This document shows positions 46,942-57,511 of a DNA stretch of 64,000 nt, piece by piece. Position numbers and translations under genes: made by a program. How positions within the stretch are numbered: position 1 is the first letter of the stretch; every line of letters begins with the position of its first letter. The DNA is from an uncultured Alphaproteobacteria bacterium. Its GTDB lineage: Bacteria > Pseudomonadota > Alphaproteobacteria > Rhizobiales > Hyphomicrobiaceae. Below the pieces are notes generated by a model. That model saw nothing but the letters and a program-made list of their open reading frames with translations. It searched no databases and was not told where the DNA came from. The stretch covers positions 168,898 to 232,897 of the forward strand of contig CAWFOR010000026.1 of the NCBI GenBank assembly GCA_963817485.1, read 5' to 3'.

Positions 46942-48458
46942 CCTTGCACCTTCTGATGACCTTGAACCCACCATGGGTCTGGGTCGATGGGCGTGCCATC
47001 CTTGCGAAATTCAATATATAGGACTGGGGCGCTATTTGTGGCCGCCGGCTGAGCTTGCTGCGTCCAGCCATTCATCGTGCCAACCGGCTCTGCGCCAAGC
47101 ACAAACTGTCCCGGTTGTACGTCAATCTGAGATAATCCCGCAAGCAGCACATGATAGCCACCACCCGCGTTGATGATCAAGAGCTGCCCATAGCTGCGAA
47201 ACTCGCCAGCGTAAACGATCCAGCCATCACAAGGTGACGTGACTTGGGCGCCCTGCCGGGTTTCGAGCACAAGACCCTTCGATTGTCCGCCGTACTGCGT
47301 CTTTTCGCCGAAGCCCAATACCTGCCGGCCTTGTGCGGGCATAGTGAGGCGGCCCTTGGCGTCTGCAAACGCAATCTCGGGCTTGATGCGGCCCGGACTG
47401 CCGAGCGCCGTCCCGGGAGATAGCTCCACGACGTCGGTCGATTTGCCGGCCGTGGAGGGTGCGGCGGCCGGTAGCTGCGGCTTCGCGTCGGCCGCAGTAG
47501 CCGGCGCCGTGGCGGGCGCGGCGCCCGGCTGCGGCTTGGTGTCAGGTGCAGCCGATGGCGGCGCGGCGGCGGTCTTATCCTTGTTTTCTTTCTCGTAGGC
47601 GCCAAGCCCGGTGTTTTCCTTAACGGCCTGATCGAGCTTCGAGATCAATTCATTGAGATCGGTGACGCTCTCGGAGATCTCGGCCGAGACCATCCGCATG
47701 CGCTTCAGCTCGCCCTGGCGTTCATCGAGCGAGGTCTTCTTGGCGTCGAGCAACCCGGCGAGACGCGTCTTCGCATCGTTGAGCCGCGTGGTCTCCGTGC
47801 GCAACTGCTCGCTCTGCGCGCGCATCTCCGTCATCACACGCAAAAGCTCGGTGAGGCGGGCGGCGAGCGCGCGGGCCTGATTGCCGAGCTGCGGGAAAGC
47901 GGCGGCGAGCAGCATGGCGCTGCGCACCATCTTGAGCGCGTCCTCCCGCTGTGTGATCAGCACGGGAGGCGGGTTGCGGCCCATGCGCTGCAACGCCGAG
48001 AGGAGCTTCGCGATCTGGTCCTGGCGCTCGTTGAGCGAGCCCCTGAGAATCTTCTCCTGCGCGCCGAGCTCGCCCAGGCGTCCCTCGATGGACGTGAGCT
48101 GGCCCTCACTCTTCTTGACGAGGTCGGCCGTCTCGACGAGGCGCTTGTTGAGCTTCTCACGTTCCGCCGTGATGGCGTCGACGTCGGTTTCGAGCGCCTT
48201 GGCCTTGCTCTTGACGCTCTCGAGCTCGATGCGCCGGCTCTCGAGCTTCTTCTTGGCTTCCTCGGCGGTCGACGCCGTCTCGGCGAACGCACCGCCCGAC
48301 AGCAGCATGACGGCAGCCAAGGCTGCGCCGGGGGCCGCGGCGGCGAGCAGGGACTGGGTCCGCTTCGCAAGTCTCGCTCGGTTCAAAGGCGGTCTTTCCC
48401 CGACGATTTGGCCCCGACGATTTGGCGATGCGGGCAACAGAAGCGACGATTGCGGCAA
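46938..48458 (-). CDS. envC: Murein hydrolase activator EnvC-family (coiled coil + M23); start uncertain
   Basis: Long coiled coil, GRNPPP, C-terminal YAGEFRSYGQLLII...LYIEFRKDG.PIDP.PW. Confidence 0.88.
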   Translation of the reverse strand: MPQSSLLLPASPNRRGQIVGERPPLNRARLAKRTQSLLAAAAPGAALAAVMLLSGGAFAETASTAEEAKKKLESRRIELESVKSKAKALETDVDAITAEREKLNKRLVETADLVKKSEGQLTSIEGRLGELGAQEKILRGSLNERQDQIAKLLSALQRMGRNPPPVLITQREDALKMVRSAMLLAAAFPQLGNQARALAARLTELLRVMTEMRAQSEQLRTETTRLNDAKTRLAGLLDAKKTSLDERQGELKRMRMVSAEISESVTDLNELISKLDQAVKENTGLGAYEKENKDKTAAAPPSAAPDTKPQPGAAPATAPATAADAKPQLPAAAPSTAGKSTDVVELSPGTALGSPGRIKPEIAFADAKGRLTMPAQGRQVLGFGEKTQYGGQSKGLVLETRQGAQVTSPCDGWIVYAGEFRSYGQLLIINAGGGYHVLLAGLSQIDVQPGQFVLGAEPVGTMNGWTQQAQPAATNSAPVLYIEFRKDGTPIDPDPWWVQGHQKVQG

Positions 48459-48583
48459 TTATGGCGCCGGGCGCCTTGCCAATCCCTTGCGGCGCCGGGA
48501 CGCGTGCCGACATGGTTTAGAGATACGGTTTGCGGGGGCCGCGGGAAAGCTCTAAGCAATCATGGAACGGAGATCGAACGCGT

Positions 48584-48775
48584 ATGGAATTCGTCCTTTA
48601 CCACCTTGTCACGGTCGCTGTCGCGGCCGTCGTCATCGTGCTGCTGTTGGGCCTGTGGAACCTCACGCGCGGCAACAACTCGAGCCGCAGCCAGACGCTG
48701 ATGCGCTGGCGCGTCGGTCTGCAGGCAGTGGCGATCGTCATCATCATGCTCTTCGTTTTCGTCCACTACCGCTGA
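48584..48775 (+). CDS. Twin-transmembrane small protein (HIG1 family)
   Basis: Two hydrophobic helices; SQTLMRWRVGLQA. Confidence 0.85.
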   Translation: MEFVLYHLVTVAVAAVVIVLLLGLWNLTRGNNSSRSQTLMRWRVGLQAVAIVIIMLFVFVHYR

Positions 48776-48856
48776 TCGCGAGGGCTTGCCCTTCCGGCAT
48801 GCGAGCGCCCCAATTTGCGCTATGCTGGCAGAGCATGACGATCTCATAGGCCGCGC

Positions 48857-49441
48857 ATGGTCGTTCTGAACAAGATCTACACCCGCACCGGCGACGCAGG
48901 CACGACCGCTCTCGGCAGCGGCGAGCGCGTCCCCAAGCACGCGCTGCGCATTGCCGCCTACGGCACCGTCGACGAGACCAACGCTTCGATCGGCATGGCG
49001 CGCGTGCACCTCGGCAACGCGCTGCCCGGTCTCGACGGCAAGCTCATCCGCATCCAGAACGACCTGTTCGATCTCGGCGCCGACCTCTGCGTGCCCGACG
49101 GCGACGGCCGCAAGGGAAAGCAGAACCCGCTGCGCGTCAGCGAAGCGCAGGTGCAGCGGCTCGAGGACGAGATCGACGAGATGAACACCGAGCTGCAGCC
49201 TCTGCGCTCCTTCGTGCTGCCGGGCGGCTCGCCGGCTTCCGCCGCGCTGCATGTTGCGCGCACGGTGTGTCGCCGGGCCGAGCGCCTGATGGTCGAGCTT
49301 GCGGCGCAGCCGGGCGAGGTCGTCGCCGAGCCAGCGCTGAAGTACGTGAACCGCCTGTCGGATTTTCTGTTCGTCGCCGGCCGTTACGCCAATGACCGCG
49401 GCAAGAGCGATGTCTTGTGGGTGCCGGGACAGAACCGGTAG
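48857..49441 (+). CDS. Cob(I)alamin adenosyltransferase, PduO type
   Basis: KIYTRTGD.G.T, AYGTVDETN, FVLPGG, RTVCRRAER, YVNRLSDFLF. Confidence 0.95.
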   Translation: MVVLNKIYTRTGDAGTTALGSGERVPKHALRIAAYGTVDETNASIGMARVHLGNALPGLDGKLIRIQNDLFDLGADLCVPDGDGRKGKQNPLRVSEAQVQRLEDEIDEMNTELQPLRSFVLPGGSPASAALHVARTVCRRAERLMVELAAQPGEVVAEPALKYVNRLSDFLFVAGRYANDRGKSDVLWVPGQNR

Positions 49442-49473
49442 CGGTCAGTAATCTAGAGCGCAGCAGGGCCCCA

Positions 49474-50179
49474 GTGTTCATCCCCCTCCGCGACGACAAC
49501 GCGCTGAAATCGATCCGCTATCAGTACGTCACGATCTCCCTCATCGCCGTCAACGTGCTCGTCTACATCTTCGAGGTCTCGGGGCTCGACGACGGCGCGA
49601 TCCGCAGCTTCGGGGTCACGCCGCGCGCGCTGATGGCCGGCAGTCTGTTCTCGACGCCGCTGCCCGACCGCGGAGGATAGCGTCCCCATTGTCGAGGGCG
49701 CGACGCTGCTCACCTACATGTTCTTCCACGCCGACATCTTCCACCTGCTCGGCAACATGCTTTTTCTGTGGGTATTCGGCGACAACGTCGAGGACGCCAT
49801 GGGACACGCCAAGTTTCTCTTTTTCTACCTCGCGTGCGGCGTGTTCGCGGGCCTTTTCCACGCGTGGATGGTTCCGGACTCCGACCTGCCGCTGATCGGC
49901 GCCAGCGGTGCCGTCGCCGGCGTGATTGCGGCCTACCTCATGCTGCACCCCCGCGTCGGGGTGTGGATATTGGCCTTCAAGTTCATCCCCCTGCGCATCT
50001 CGGCCGGGCTCGTGCTCGGCCTGTGGATCGTGCTGCAGATCGTGATGGTGGCCGTATCGGACGCCGGCCCCACCGCTTGGTGGGCTCATATCGGCGGGCT
50101 TCTCGCCGGGGCGGCGCTGATCCTGGTGCTGCGTCGCCCGGGCGTGCCGCTGTTCGACAAGGGCACGCGGCTCGCCTGA
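49474..50179 (+). CDS. Rhomboid intramembrane serine protease; apparent frameshift near 49673
   Basis: MFIPLRDDN... | MFFHADIFHLLGNMLFLWVFGDNVED, IGASGAVAG, AHIGG. Confidence 0.9.
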
Positions 50180-50413
50180 GCCATGCAGGGGCTTGGTGAG
50201 CCGGCCTTACATGCGCACATTTGCCGGACAGGGTTAACCGGCGGCGCCAATTGACTTGCCCCGGCCGCACTCGTACGTTGCCTTCGCACTTGCGAATAGG
50301 CAATAAGCGCTGCGACCTGGGGCTTTTCGCGCGGAAATGGCGACGATTCATCGCGCTGCACAACCGCTCCAGTCCGGGTCAGCATAGCGCCGCGCGGTCG
50401 GGAGCAGGACGGC

Positions 50414-51169
50414 ATGAAGGTGTTGGTGCCGGTCAAGCGGGTCGTCGATTACAACGTCAAGATTCGGGTGAAGCCCGACGGATCGGGAATCGACCTCGCC
50501 AACGTCAAGATGTCGATGAACCCCTTCGACGAGATCGCCGTCGAGGAGGCGGTGCGTTTGAAGGAGAAGGGTACGGCGACCGAGATCGTCGTCGTCTCCG
50601 TCGGGCCGCCGAAGGCGCAGGAGACGATCCGCGCCGCGCAAGCGATCGGCGCCGACCGCGGCATCCTCGTCGAGACGCCGGAGGGCGCGATCGTAGAGCC
50701 GCTCGCCGTCGCCAAGCTCCTGAAGGCCATCGTCGACGCGGAGAAGCCCGAGCTCGTCATCCTCGGCAAGCAGGCGATCGACGACGACTGCAATCAGACC
50801 GGACAGATGCTGGCAGCTCTTCTCGGCTGGCCGCAGGGCACCTTCGCCTCCAAACTCGCGATTGAGAGCGGCAGCATCTCGGTTACGCGCGAGGTCGACG
50901 GCGGCCTCGAGACGGTGCAGCTCAAGATGCCTGCAGTGGTGACCACCGACCTGCGCCTCAACGAGCCGCGCTACCCATCGCTCCCGAACATCATGAAGGC
51001 GAAGAAGAAGCCCCTCGACGTGAAGAAGCCCGCGGACCTCGGCGTCGACATCGCGCCGCGGCTCAAGGTTTTGAAGATCGCCGAGCCCGCGAGCCGCAAG
51101 GCCGGCGTCAAGGTTGGCAGCGTCGCCGAGCTCGTCGCCAAGCTCAAGACCGAAGCCGGGGTGCTCTGA
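50414..51169 (+). CDS. etfB: Electron transfer flavoprotein beta subunit
   Basis: [31 protein letters not shown]. Confidence 0.98.
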   Translation: MKVLVPVKRVVDYNVKIRVKPDGSGIDLANVKMSMNPFDEIAVEEAVRLKEKGTATEIVVVSVGPPKAQETIRAAQAIGADRGILVETPEGAIVEPLAVAKLLKAIVDAEKPELVILGKQAIDDDCNQTGQMLAALLGWPQGTFASKLAIESGSISVTREVDGGLETVQLKMPAVVTTDLRLNEPRYPSLPNIMKAKKKPLDVKKPADLGVDIAPRLKVLKIAEPASRKAGVKVGSVAELVAKLKTEAGVL

Positions 51170-51171
51170 CG

Positions 51172-52113
51172 ATGGCGATCCTTCTGCTGGCGGAGCACAC
51201 CAATGGCGCGCTGAACCCGGCGACGGGCAAGGCGCTCTCGGCAGCCGCAGCGCTGGGCGACACGATCGACGTGCTTGTCGCGGGCTCCGGCGCCAAGCCG
51301 GCGGCCGAGGCCGCCGCCAAGCTCACGGGCATCGGCAAGGTTTTGCTCGCCGATGCCCCTCAGTTCGAGCATGGGCTCGCGGAAGAGGTGGCGGCGCTCA
51401 TCGTGCCGCTGATGGCCAATTACGATGCGCTCGTCGCACCGGCGACGTCGTCGGGCAAGAACATCGCCCCGCGTGTCGCCGCTGCGCTCGATGTGATGCA
51501 GATCTCCGATATCACCAAGGTTTTGTCGAAGGACACCTTCGAACGGCCGATCTACGCCGGCAACGCCATCCAGACCGTGCAGTCGTCGGACGGCAAGAAG
51601 GTCATCACGGTGCGCATCGCGGCGTTTCCGTCCGCACCCGAGGGCGGATCGGCCGCGGTCGAGACCATTGTCGCCCCCGCTCCCGTCGGGCTTTCAAAGT
51701 TCTCGAAGGCGGAACTCACGACCTCGGACCGGCCCGAGCTTGCTTCCGCGCGCATCATCGTGTCCGGCGGCCGCGGCCTGCAGTCGGGTGAGAACTTCAA
51801 GAAGCTGCTCGAGCCTGTCGCCGACGCGCTCGGCGCCGCGGTCGGGGCTTCGCGCGCCGCGGTCGATGCGGGCTACGTGCCCAACGACATGCAGGTGGGC
51901 CAGACCGGCAAGGTGGTCGCGCCCGACCTCTACATGGCGGTCGGCATCTCCGGCGCGATCCAGCATCTCGCCGGCATGAAGGATTCAAAGATCATCGTCG
52001 CGATCAACAAGGACAGCGAGGCGCCGATCTTTCAGGTCGCGGACTACGGACTCGTCGCCGATCTTTTTCAGGCGCTGCCGGAGCTAGAGGCGGAGTTGAA
52101 GAAGAGCGGCTGA
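51172..52113 (+). CDS. etfA: Electron transfer flavoprotein alpha subunit
   Basis: [35 protein letters not shown]. Confidence 0.98.
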   Translation: MAILLLAEHTNGALNPATGKALSAAAALGDTIDVLVAGSGAKPAAEAAAKLTGIGKVLLADAPQFEHGLAEEVAALIVPLMANYDALVAPATSSGKNIAPRVAAALDVMQISDITKVLSKDTFERPIYAGNAIQTVQSSDGKKVITVRIAAFPSAPEGGSAAVETIVAPAPVGLSKFSKAELTTSDRPELASARIIVSGGRGLQSGENFKKLLEPVADALGAAVGASRAAVDAGYVPNDMQVGQTGKVVAPDLYMAVGISGAIQHLAGMKDSKIIVAINKDSEAPIFQVADYGLVADLFQALPELEAELKKSG

Positions 52114-52161
52114 GTAGAGCGGGGAAAAAATAATAGCTCGGGGACAGAAGGACGTGCGGTC

Positions 52162-53091
<930 letters not shown>

Positions 53092-53096
53092 GGGGC

Positions 53097-53795
53097 TTAT
53101 TTGCCGTATTCGTCGTGCCGGCGAACCCAGTACGGGCCGCGGCCATTTTCGTCGCGTCCCTTCGGGACCAGGTCCAGGTAGTTATAGTCCGTGCTCAGCA
53201 GATCGATGCCGCGGGCGTAGGCGGAATAGGTGTGAAAGGAATTCCCGGCGTCATCCTTGAAGAAGATGCTGATGCCTTCACGTTCGGAGGCTTCTGGATC
53301 CTGACGTTTGAAATTGTATATCGCGCGTTTTGCGTCGATTTCGTCCGGCGTGAACGAGACGTGATAGTCGAAGTTGAAATCGGACCCGTGTGAGGAGAAC
53401 CAATCGAAGGTCCAGCCCATGCGTTTCCGGTAGGCAGCGAGCTTTGCGTAGGGTGCCCGGGAGACAGCGATCATCGTTACGTCACGCTGATTGAGATGCA
53501 CGATTATCGAATTGAAGTTGTCAGCCCAGCGTGAACAGTGCGGACAGCCCGCGTTCCAGTCCGGCCCGAACATGAAATGGTAGACGACGAGCTGGCTGCG
53601 GCCATCGAACAGCTCGGCAAGCGTCCGTTTGCCGTCAGCACCCTCGAATACGTAGCTCTTATCTACTTTGGTCCAGGGCAGCTCACGCCGCAGCCGGCTC
53701 AGTTCATCGCGTGCCCTCGTGAACTCCTTCTCCTGGAGAAGAAGCGCCTCGCGTGCGCGCAGCCATTCCGATTGTGAAACGACCTTATGCTGCAT
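53097..53795 (-). CDS. DUF899 family thioredoxin-like protein
   Basis: EWLRAR..LL..EKE.TR, LF.GRSQLVVYHFMF, GCPHCS, YSAYARG. Confidence 0.88.
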   Translation of the reverse strand: MQHKVVSQSEWLRAREALLLQEKEFTRARDELSRLRRELPWTKVDKSYVFEGADGKRTLAELFDGRSQLVVYHFMFGPDWNAGCPHCSRWADNFNSIIVHLNQRDVTMIAVSRAPYAKLAAYRKRMGWTFDWFSSHGSDFNFDYHVSFTPDEIDAKRAIYNFKRQDPEASEREGISIFFKDDAGNSFHTYSAYARGIDLLSTDYNYLDLVPKGRDENGRGPYWVRRHDEYGK

Positions 53796-53813
53796 GACGC
53801 TCCCCCCTGCGGA

Positions 53814-54452
53814 TCAGGCCGCAACGGCCGGGCGCGGCGGTGGAGCGGTCTCCGCCCAGCAGGGCAGCGCCGACAGCCGCTCGAACCAGCGGGCAACGTT
53901 CTTGTAGGCGGCAACCGGCAGCTTGGCCTCGTTGGCGTAGAACAGATACGAGCCGACGGTGAAGTCCGCGAGCGTGGGGCCGGATCCCACAAGCCACTCG
54001 CGTTTGGCGAGATGCTGGTCGAGGACGGACGCCTCCTTGTTGAAGGCCTCCGTCGCCTTCGATACGACGGCCGCATCGGGGCCGCCGAGGCCGAAGATGC
54101 CCTTGACCAGGTTCTGGAAGGTGAGCGGCACGCAGGCGTCGCTGCCCCAATGCGCACTCTGCCAGTTCTGCCAGCGCATGATGTCGGCGCGCGTGCGCGG
54201 GTCGTCGGGCCACAGCGTGTTGGGCGTCTTGCTGGCGAGGTACTGCAGAATCGCGTCGGACTCCCACAGCACGAAATCGCCGTCGACAAGCGTCGGCGTG
54301 CGACCGGCGGGATTGAGCGCGAGATATTGCGGCGTACGGTTCTCGCCCTTGAAGGCATCGAGCTGTTGGTATTCCAGCGGAATGCCGAGGTGGGCCGCTA
54401 CCGCCCGTACCTTCCAGGTTCGCGGAGAGGCGGAAAATCCATAGAGCTTCAT
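53814..54452 (-). CDS. Glutathione S-transferase family protein
   Basis: LNPAGRTPTLVDGDFVLWESDAILQYLA, TLADF. Confidence 0.93.
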   Translation of the reverse strand: MKLYGFSASPRTWKVRAVAAHLGIPLEYQQLDAFKGENRTPQYLALNPAGRTPTLVDGDFVLWESDAILQYLASKTPNTLWPDDPRTRADIMRWQNWQSAHWGSDACVPLTFQNLVKGIFGLGGPDAAVVSKATEAFNKEASVLDQHLAKREWLVGSGPTLADFTVGSYLFYANEAKLPVAAYKNVARWFERLSALPCWAETAPPPRPAVAA

Positions 54453-54485
54453 GACAATCTCCTCTGCCTATCGTGTCGACTGATC

Positions 54486-54929
54486 TTATCGGGAAAGGTA
54501 TGTCCCCAACCGCTCCATCGTCCCGTCCCAGCCGTGCTGGTGGCGGTCGCGGGCAGCCTCGTCGAAGAAGTGCTCGTGCGTGAGCGTCATGTCGGTGCCG
54601 CCCCCGGCGCTCTTCATTTGCACCGTGACCACCGATTCCCGCTCCGGCGTGCTCTCCCACGCCCAGGTGAAGACGAGCTTCTCGTTGGGAACGATCTCGC
54701 GATAGACGCCGCCGACGCGGTGCTGCTCGCCGCTCGGCATCTGCATGACGATACGGTAGCGGCCACCAACCTTGAGATCGGTTTCCGAGACGAGGATCTG
54801 ACTATCGTTGCTGGGTCCGAACCACTGCTTCAGCGCTTGCGGGTCCGTCCACGCGCGGAAGACTTTTTCGACCGGGACGGCGTAGTGGCGTTTGAACCTG
54901 AGGCTCGGCTTTTCGAGGGTTGCTGCCAT
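54486..54929 (-). CDS. SRPBCC/AHSA1 domain protein
   Basis: VFRAWTDP..LKQWF, DLKVGG.YR, EKLVFTW, HQHGW. Confidence 0.9.
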   Translation of the reverse strand: MAATLEKPSLRFKRHYAVPVEKVFRAWTDPQALKQWFGPSNDSQILVSETDLKVGGRYRIVMQMPSGEQHRVGGVYREIVPNEKLVFTWAWESTPERESVVTVQMKSAGGGTDMTLTHEHFFDEAARDRHQHGWDGTMERLGTYLSR

Positions 54930-55258
54930 GTGTCACTCTCCAAATAGCGGCCCAGTGCATCGAGCCGCTCGGTCCAGAACTTCTCGTAGCGATGGAGCCA
55001 CTGCGTGGCTTCCTCCAGCGGCGCGGCGCTGAGCCGGCAGCGCACGCTGCGGCCTGTCTTGTCGCGCGTCAGGAGGCCGGCGTCGGCGAGCACGCCGATG
55101 TGCTTCATGATGTTGGGCAGCGAGACGGGAAACGGCTTGGCGAGCTCGCTGACGGTCAGCTCCGGGGTTTCCGACAGCCGCAGCAGGATCGCGCGTCGCG
55201 TTGCGTCCGCCAGCGCCGAGAATGTGCGATCGAGCTTTGCCGGTTGATAGCTAACCAT
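54830..55258 (-). CDS. ArsR/SmtB-family transcriptional regulator
   Basis: FSALADATRRAIL, SELAKPF, KHIGVL..AGL, FWTERLDAL; tail overlaps the SRPBCC gene. Confidence 0.9.
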   Translation of the reverse strand: MVSYQPAKLDRTFSALADATRRAILLRLSETPELTVSELAKPFPVSLPNIMKHIGVLADAGLLTRDKTGRSVRCRLSAAPLEEATQWLHRYEKFWTERLDALGRYLESDTWQQPSKSRASGSNATTPSRSKKSSARGRTRKR

Positions 55259-55265
55259 ATGGTTA
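55252..55265. promoter_or_regulatory. Palindromic operator over the ArsR start codon
   Basis: Perfect 14-bp palindrome TAACCATATGGTTA. Confidence 0.65.
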
Positions 55266-55431
55266 AGTATTACGAGGCGGCACCGCATGTCAAGCGGCAA
55301 ACGCGCGAGACCGGACGGGATGGGCCCGTGGCAGTAGCCCTCCCGCCGGTTCTCCCCGCGCGCTGCCGATGTTCTGACGGGGTTTGATCCGCGGCAGACG
55401 GGGCCGGCAGGCACGCGAAGCTCGTCTTCTG

Positions 55432-55471
55432 AAAAGGCAAACGGGGAGCCGCGCAAGGCCGCTCCCCGTTT
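55432..55471 (-). terminator. Intrinsic terminator of the fasciclin gene
   Basis: 11-bp stem AAACGGGGAGC / GCTCCCCGTTT followed by GCCTTTT on the minus strand. Confidence 0.65.
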
Positions 55472-55483
55472 CGACGCGTAGGC

Positions 55484-56074
55484 TCAGTTCGGCTGCACGA
55501 CATTGTCGATGACGTGGATGACGCCGTTCGACTGCATGACGTCCGAGATCGTGATGCGGCCGGCGTGACCGTGCGCATCCCAAACCGCGAGGTGCTTGTC
55601 GTTGACGCGCTTGATCCACAGCGACTGGCCGTTGGCGGTCTTGAGCTCAGCCGTTCCGCCCGCCTTGTCGACCATGGACCAGAGGTCCTGCGCCGTCAGC
55701 CGCCCAGGCACGACGTGATAGGTGAGGATGTCGGTGAGCTTGCCCTTGTTCTCCGGCTTCAAGAGCATCGGCACGGTGCCGGGCGGCAGCTTGTCGAAGG
55801 CCTCGTTGACAGGAGCAAACACGGTGAAGGGACCTTTGCCCGACAGCGTGTCGACGAGACCGGCCGCCTTCACGGCAGCGACGAGCGTCGTGTGCTCCTT
55901 CGAGTTGACCGCGTTCTCGATGATGTTCTTCGAGGGATACATCGGCGCGCCGCCGACGGTCACGGTTCTCTCGGCGAAGCTCGGGGTCGCGGCGACGGCG
56001 CCCATGGTGACGACGAACGCGATCGCTGTAGCGCGAAACAGCGCCGAGGATGCGAGTGTTTTGAGATAGTGCAC
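55484..56074 (-). CDS. Secreted fasciclin (FAS1) domain protein
   Basis: GTG start, signal peptide, TLVAAVKAAGLVDTLSGKGPFTVFAP, ILTYHVVPG, SNGVIHVID. Confidence 0.93.
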   Translation of the reverse strand: MHYLKTLASSALFRATAIAFVVTMGAVAATPSFAERTVTVGGAPMYPSKNIIENAVNSKEHTTLVAAVKAAGLVDTLSGKGPFTVFAPVNEAFDKLPPGTVPMLLKPENKGKLTDILTYHVVPGRLTAQDLWSMVDKAGGTAELKTANGQSLWIKRVNDKHLAVWDAHGHAGRITISDVMQSNGVIHVIDNVVQPN

Positions 56075-56125
56075 GGCGTAGTCCTCCGATCTGGGTTTGG
56101 TGCTCCGTGTGGGAGCTGGCCAAGT

Positions 56126-56150
56126 TACGGAGGGTGCGAGGGCCGGTTTC
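56126..56150 (-). promoter_or_regulatory. ECF-type promoter GAAACC-N15-CGTA upstream of fasciclin
   Basis: Minus strand GAAACC (56150-56145), 15 nt, CGTA (56129-56126). Identical to the motif upstream of the sigma gene. Confidence 0.7.
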
Positions 56151-56190
56151 GCGCTGCGTCGGCCAATTATTTTTGCGCGGAAGTGAAACC

Positions 56191-56920
56191 TTACTTGGTC
56201 GCCTGCAGCAGCTTGCCCGCAAACAGCACCGGACCGGTCGGTTGTCCGGTGGGCGAGCCGCCTTCGGGCTCGAGACTGACGGCGAGCGTCGCGTCCTCGA
56301 TGACCTTCGGCGAATAGCCCGCGAGCTGCGGCCCCACCACGGTGAACGGCTTGTCCCCGACGATGCCGAGCGAGCGCGGCGTCTTCAGCTCGTCGTTGAC
56401 GAGCCACAGCTCGTAGCTCTTGCCGCGCTGCGGCTCGGCGGCGACGGCGCGGATGGTCAGGAGGCGCCTGTCGAGATCGACGGACACGAGGAACGCCGGC
56501 GATTGGGCGTCCTTCTGCAGCACGGCGACGAGCGTCCGCTCCGGCGGATGGACGATTTCGCGATAGCCGACGAAGAGCAGCAGAGAAGCCGCCAGAGCGG
56601 TGGCCGTGACCGCCGCCGCTCGCCAGCGGCTTAGCCTGCGCTTGATGCCGACGATTTGAGCGGTGAGCTTGCTCCCCCGTCAGCAGCACTTCCTCGAGCG
56701 CATCGACCCGGGCTTCGATCTCGGGCCAGATGGTCGCTGGCGCTTCGCGCGGCGGGATCACTTCGACGAGCGGAGCAAGCCTGCGGCCCCACGCCTCTAT
56801 CGCGCCGGCAAGCCGAGGCTCGCTGTGCGCGCGCAGGGTCACGGCCGCGCGCTCGCCCGCGGGGAGCGTGCCCAGCACGTACTCCGCGGCGATCAGGTCG
56901 ATGTCCTCACCGTTCGTCAT
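56191..56920 (-). CDS. Anti-sigma factor, RskA family; apparent +1 frameshift in the C5 run at 56674-56678
   Basis: AAEYVLGTL...LAPL...PP...W; after correction RWRAAAV.TM, then YELWLV...PRSLG, LAVSLEPEGGSPTGQPTGPVL. Confidence 0.9.
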
Positions 56921-57477
56921 GAGCCGAGGCACTTCCTCAGTTGCGCCAGGCTGCGGTGCAGCCAGGTCTTGATGGTTGCCACGGGGTGGGCGAAGCGCTT
57001 CGCCAGCTCGTCGCGGCTGAGCCCGTTGTAGTAGGCGAGCAGCACGATCTCGCGGCGCTCCGGGTCGAGCCCCTGCAGACACTCCTGCAGGCGGCGCAGG
57101 TCCTGGCTCAGCTCGGCACCTTGTAGCGGATTCAAACCCTCCTCCACGACCTCGAGCGCTTCCGGCGCGTCCTCGATCGAGACCGGTGTCCGCCGCCGCA
57201 CCTCGTCGATGGCGCGGTTGCGGGCAATGGTTGCCATCCAGGTGATGGGCGACGCCTTGGCGGGGTCGAAGGTTGCCGCTCGCTCCCAGATGCGCACGTA
57301 GACGTCCTGCAGCACGTCCTCGGCCATGGCGCGGCGCGGCAGGATGCGCACGACGATGCCCCACAGCTTGGCCGACGTCGCCTTGTAGACCGCGGCAAAC
57401 GCCTCGCGGTCGCGCGCGGCGACGCGGGCCAGCAGGTCGGAAAGATCGGCGGCAGGCGGCTTTGTCATCGTGATCAC
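56917..57477 (-). CDS. ECF RNA polymerase sigma factor (SigK-like)
   Basis: AEDVLQDVYVRIW, TWMATIARNRAID, LAYYNGLS..ELA, TIKTWLHRSL.QL; overlaps the anti-sigma start. Confidence 0.95.
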   Translation of the reverse strand: MITMTKPPAADLSDLLARVAARDREAFAAVYKATSAKLWGIVVRILPRRAMAEDVLQDVYVRIWERAATFDPAKASPITWMATIARNRAIDEVRRRTPVSIEDAPEALEVVEEGLNPLQGAELSQDLRRLQECLQGLDPERREIVLLAYYNGLSRDELAKRFAHPVATIKTWLHRSLAQLRKCLGS

Positions 57478-57486
57478 AATTCAGGA

Positions 57487-57511
57487 TACGGATGCCGGCC
57501 GTATCGGTTTC
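57487..57511 (-). promoter_or_regulatory. ECF-type promoter GAAACC-N15-CGTA upstream of the sigma gene
   Basis: Minus strand GAAACC (57511-57506), 15 nt, CGTA (57490-57487). Confidence 0.7.
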
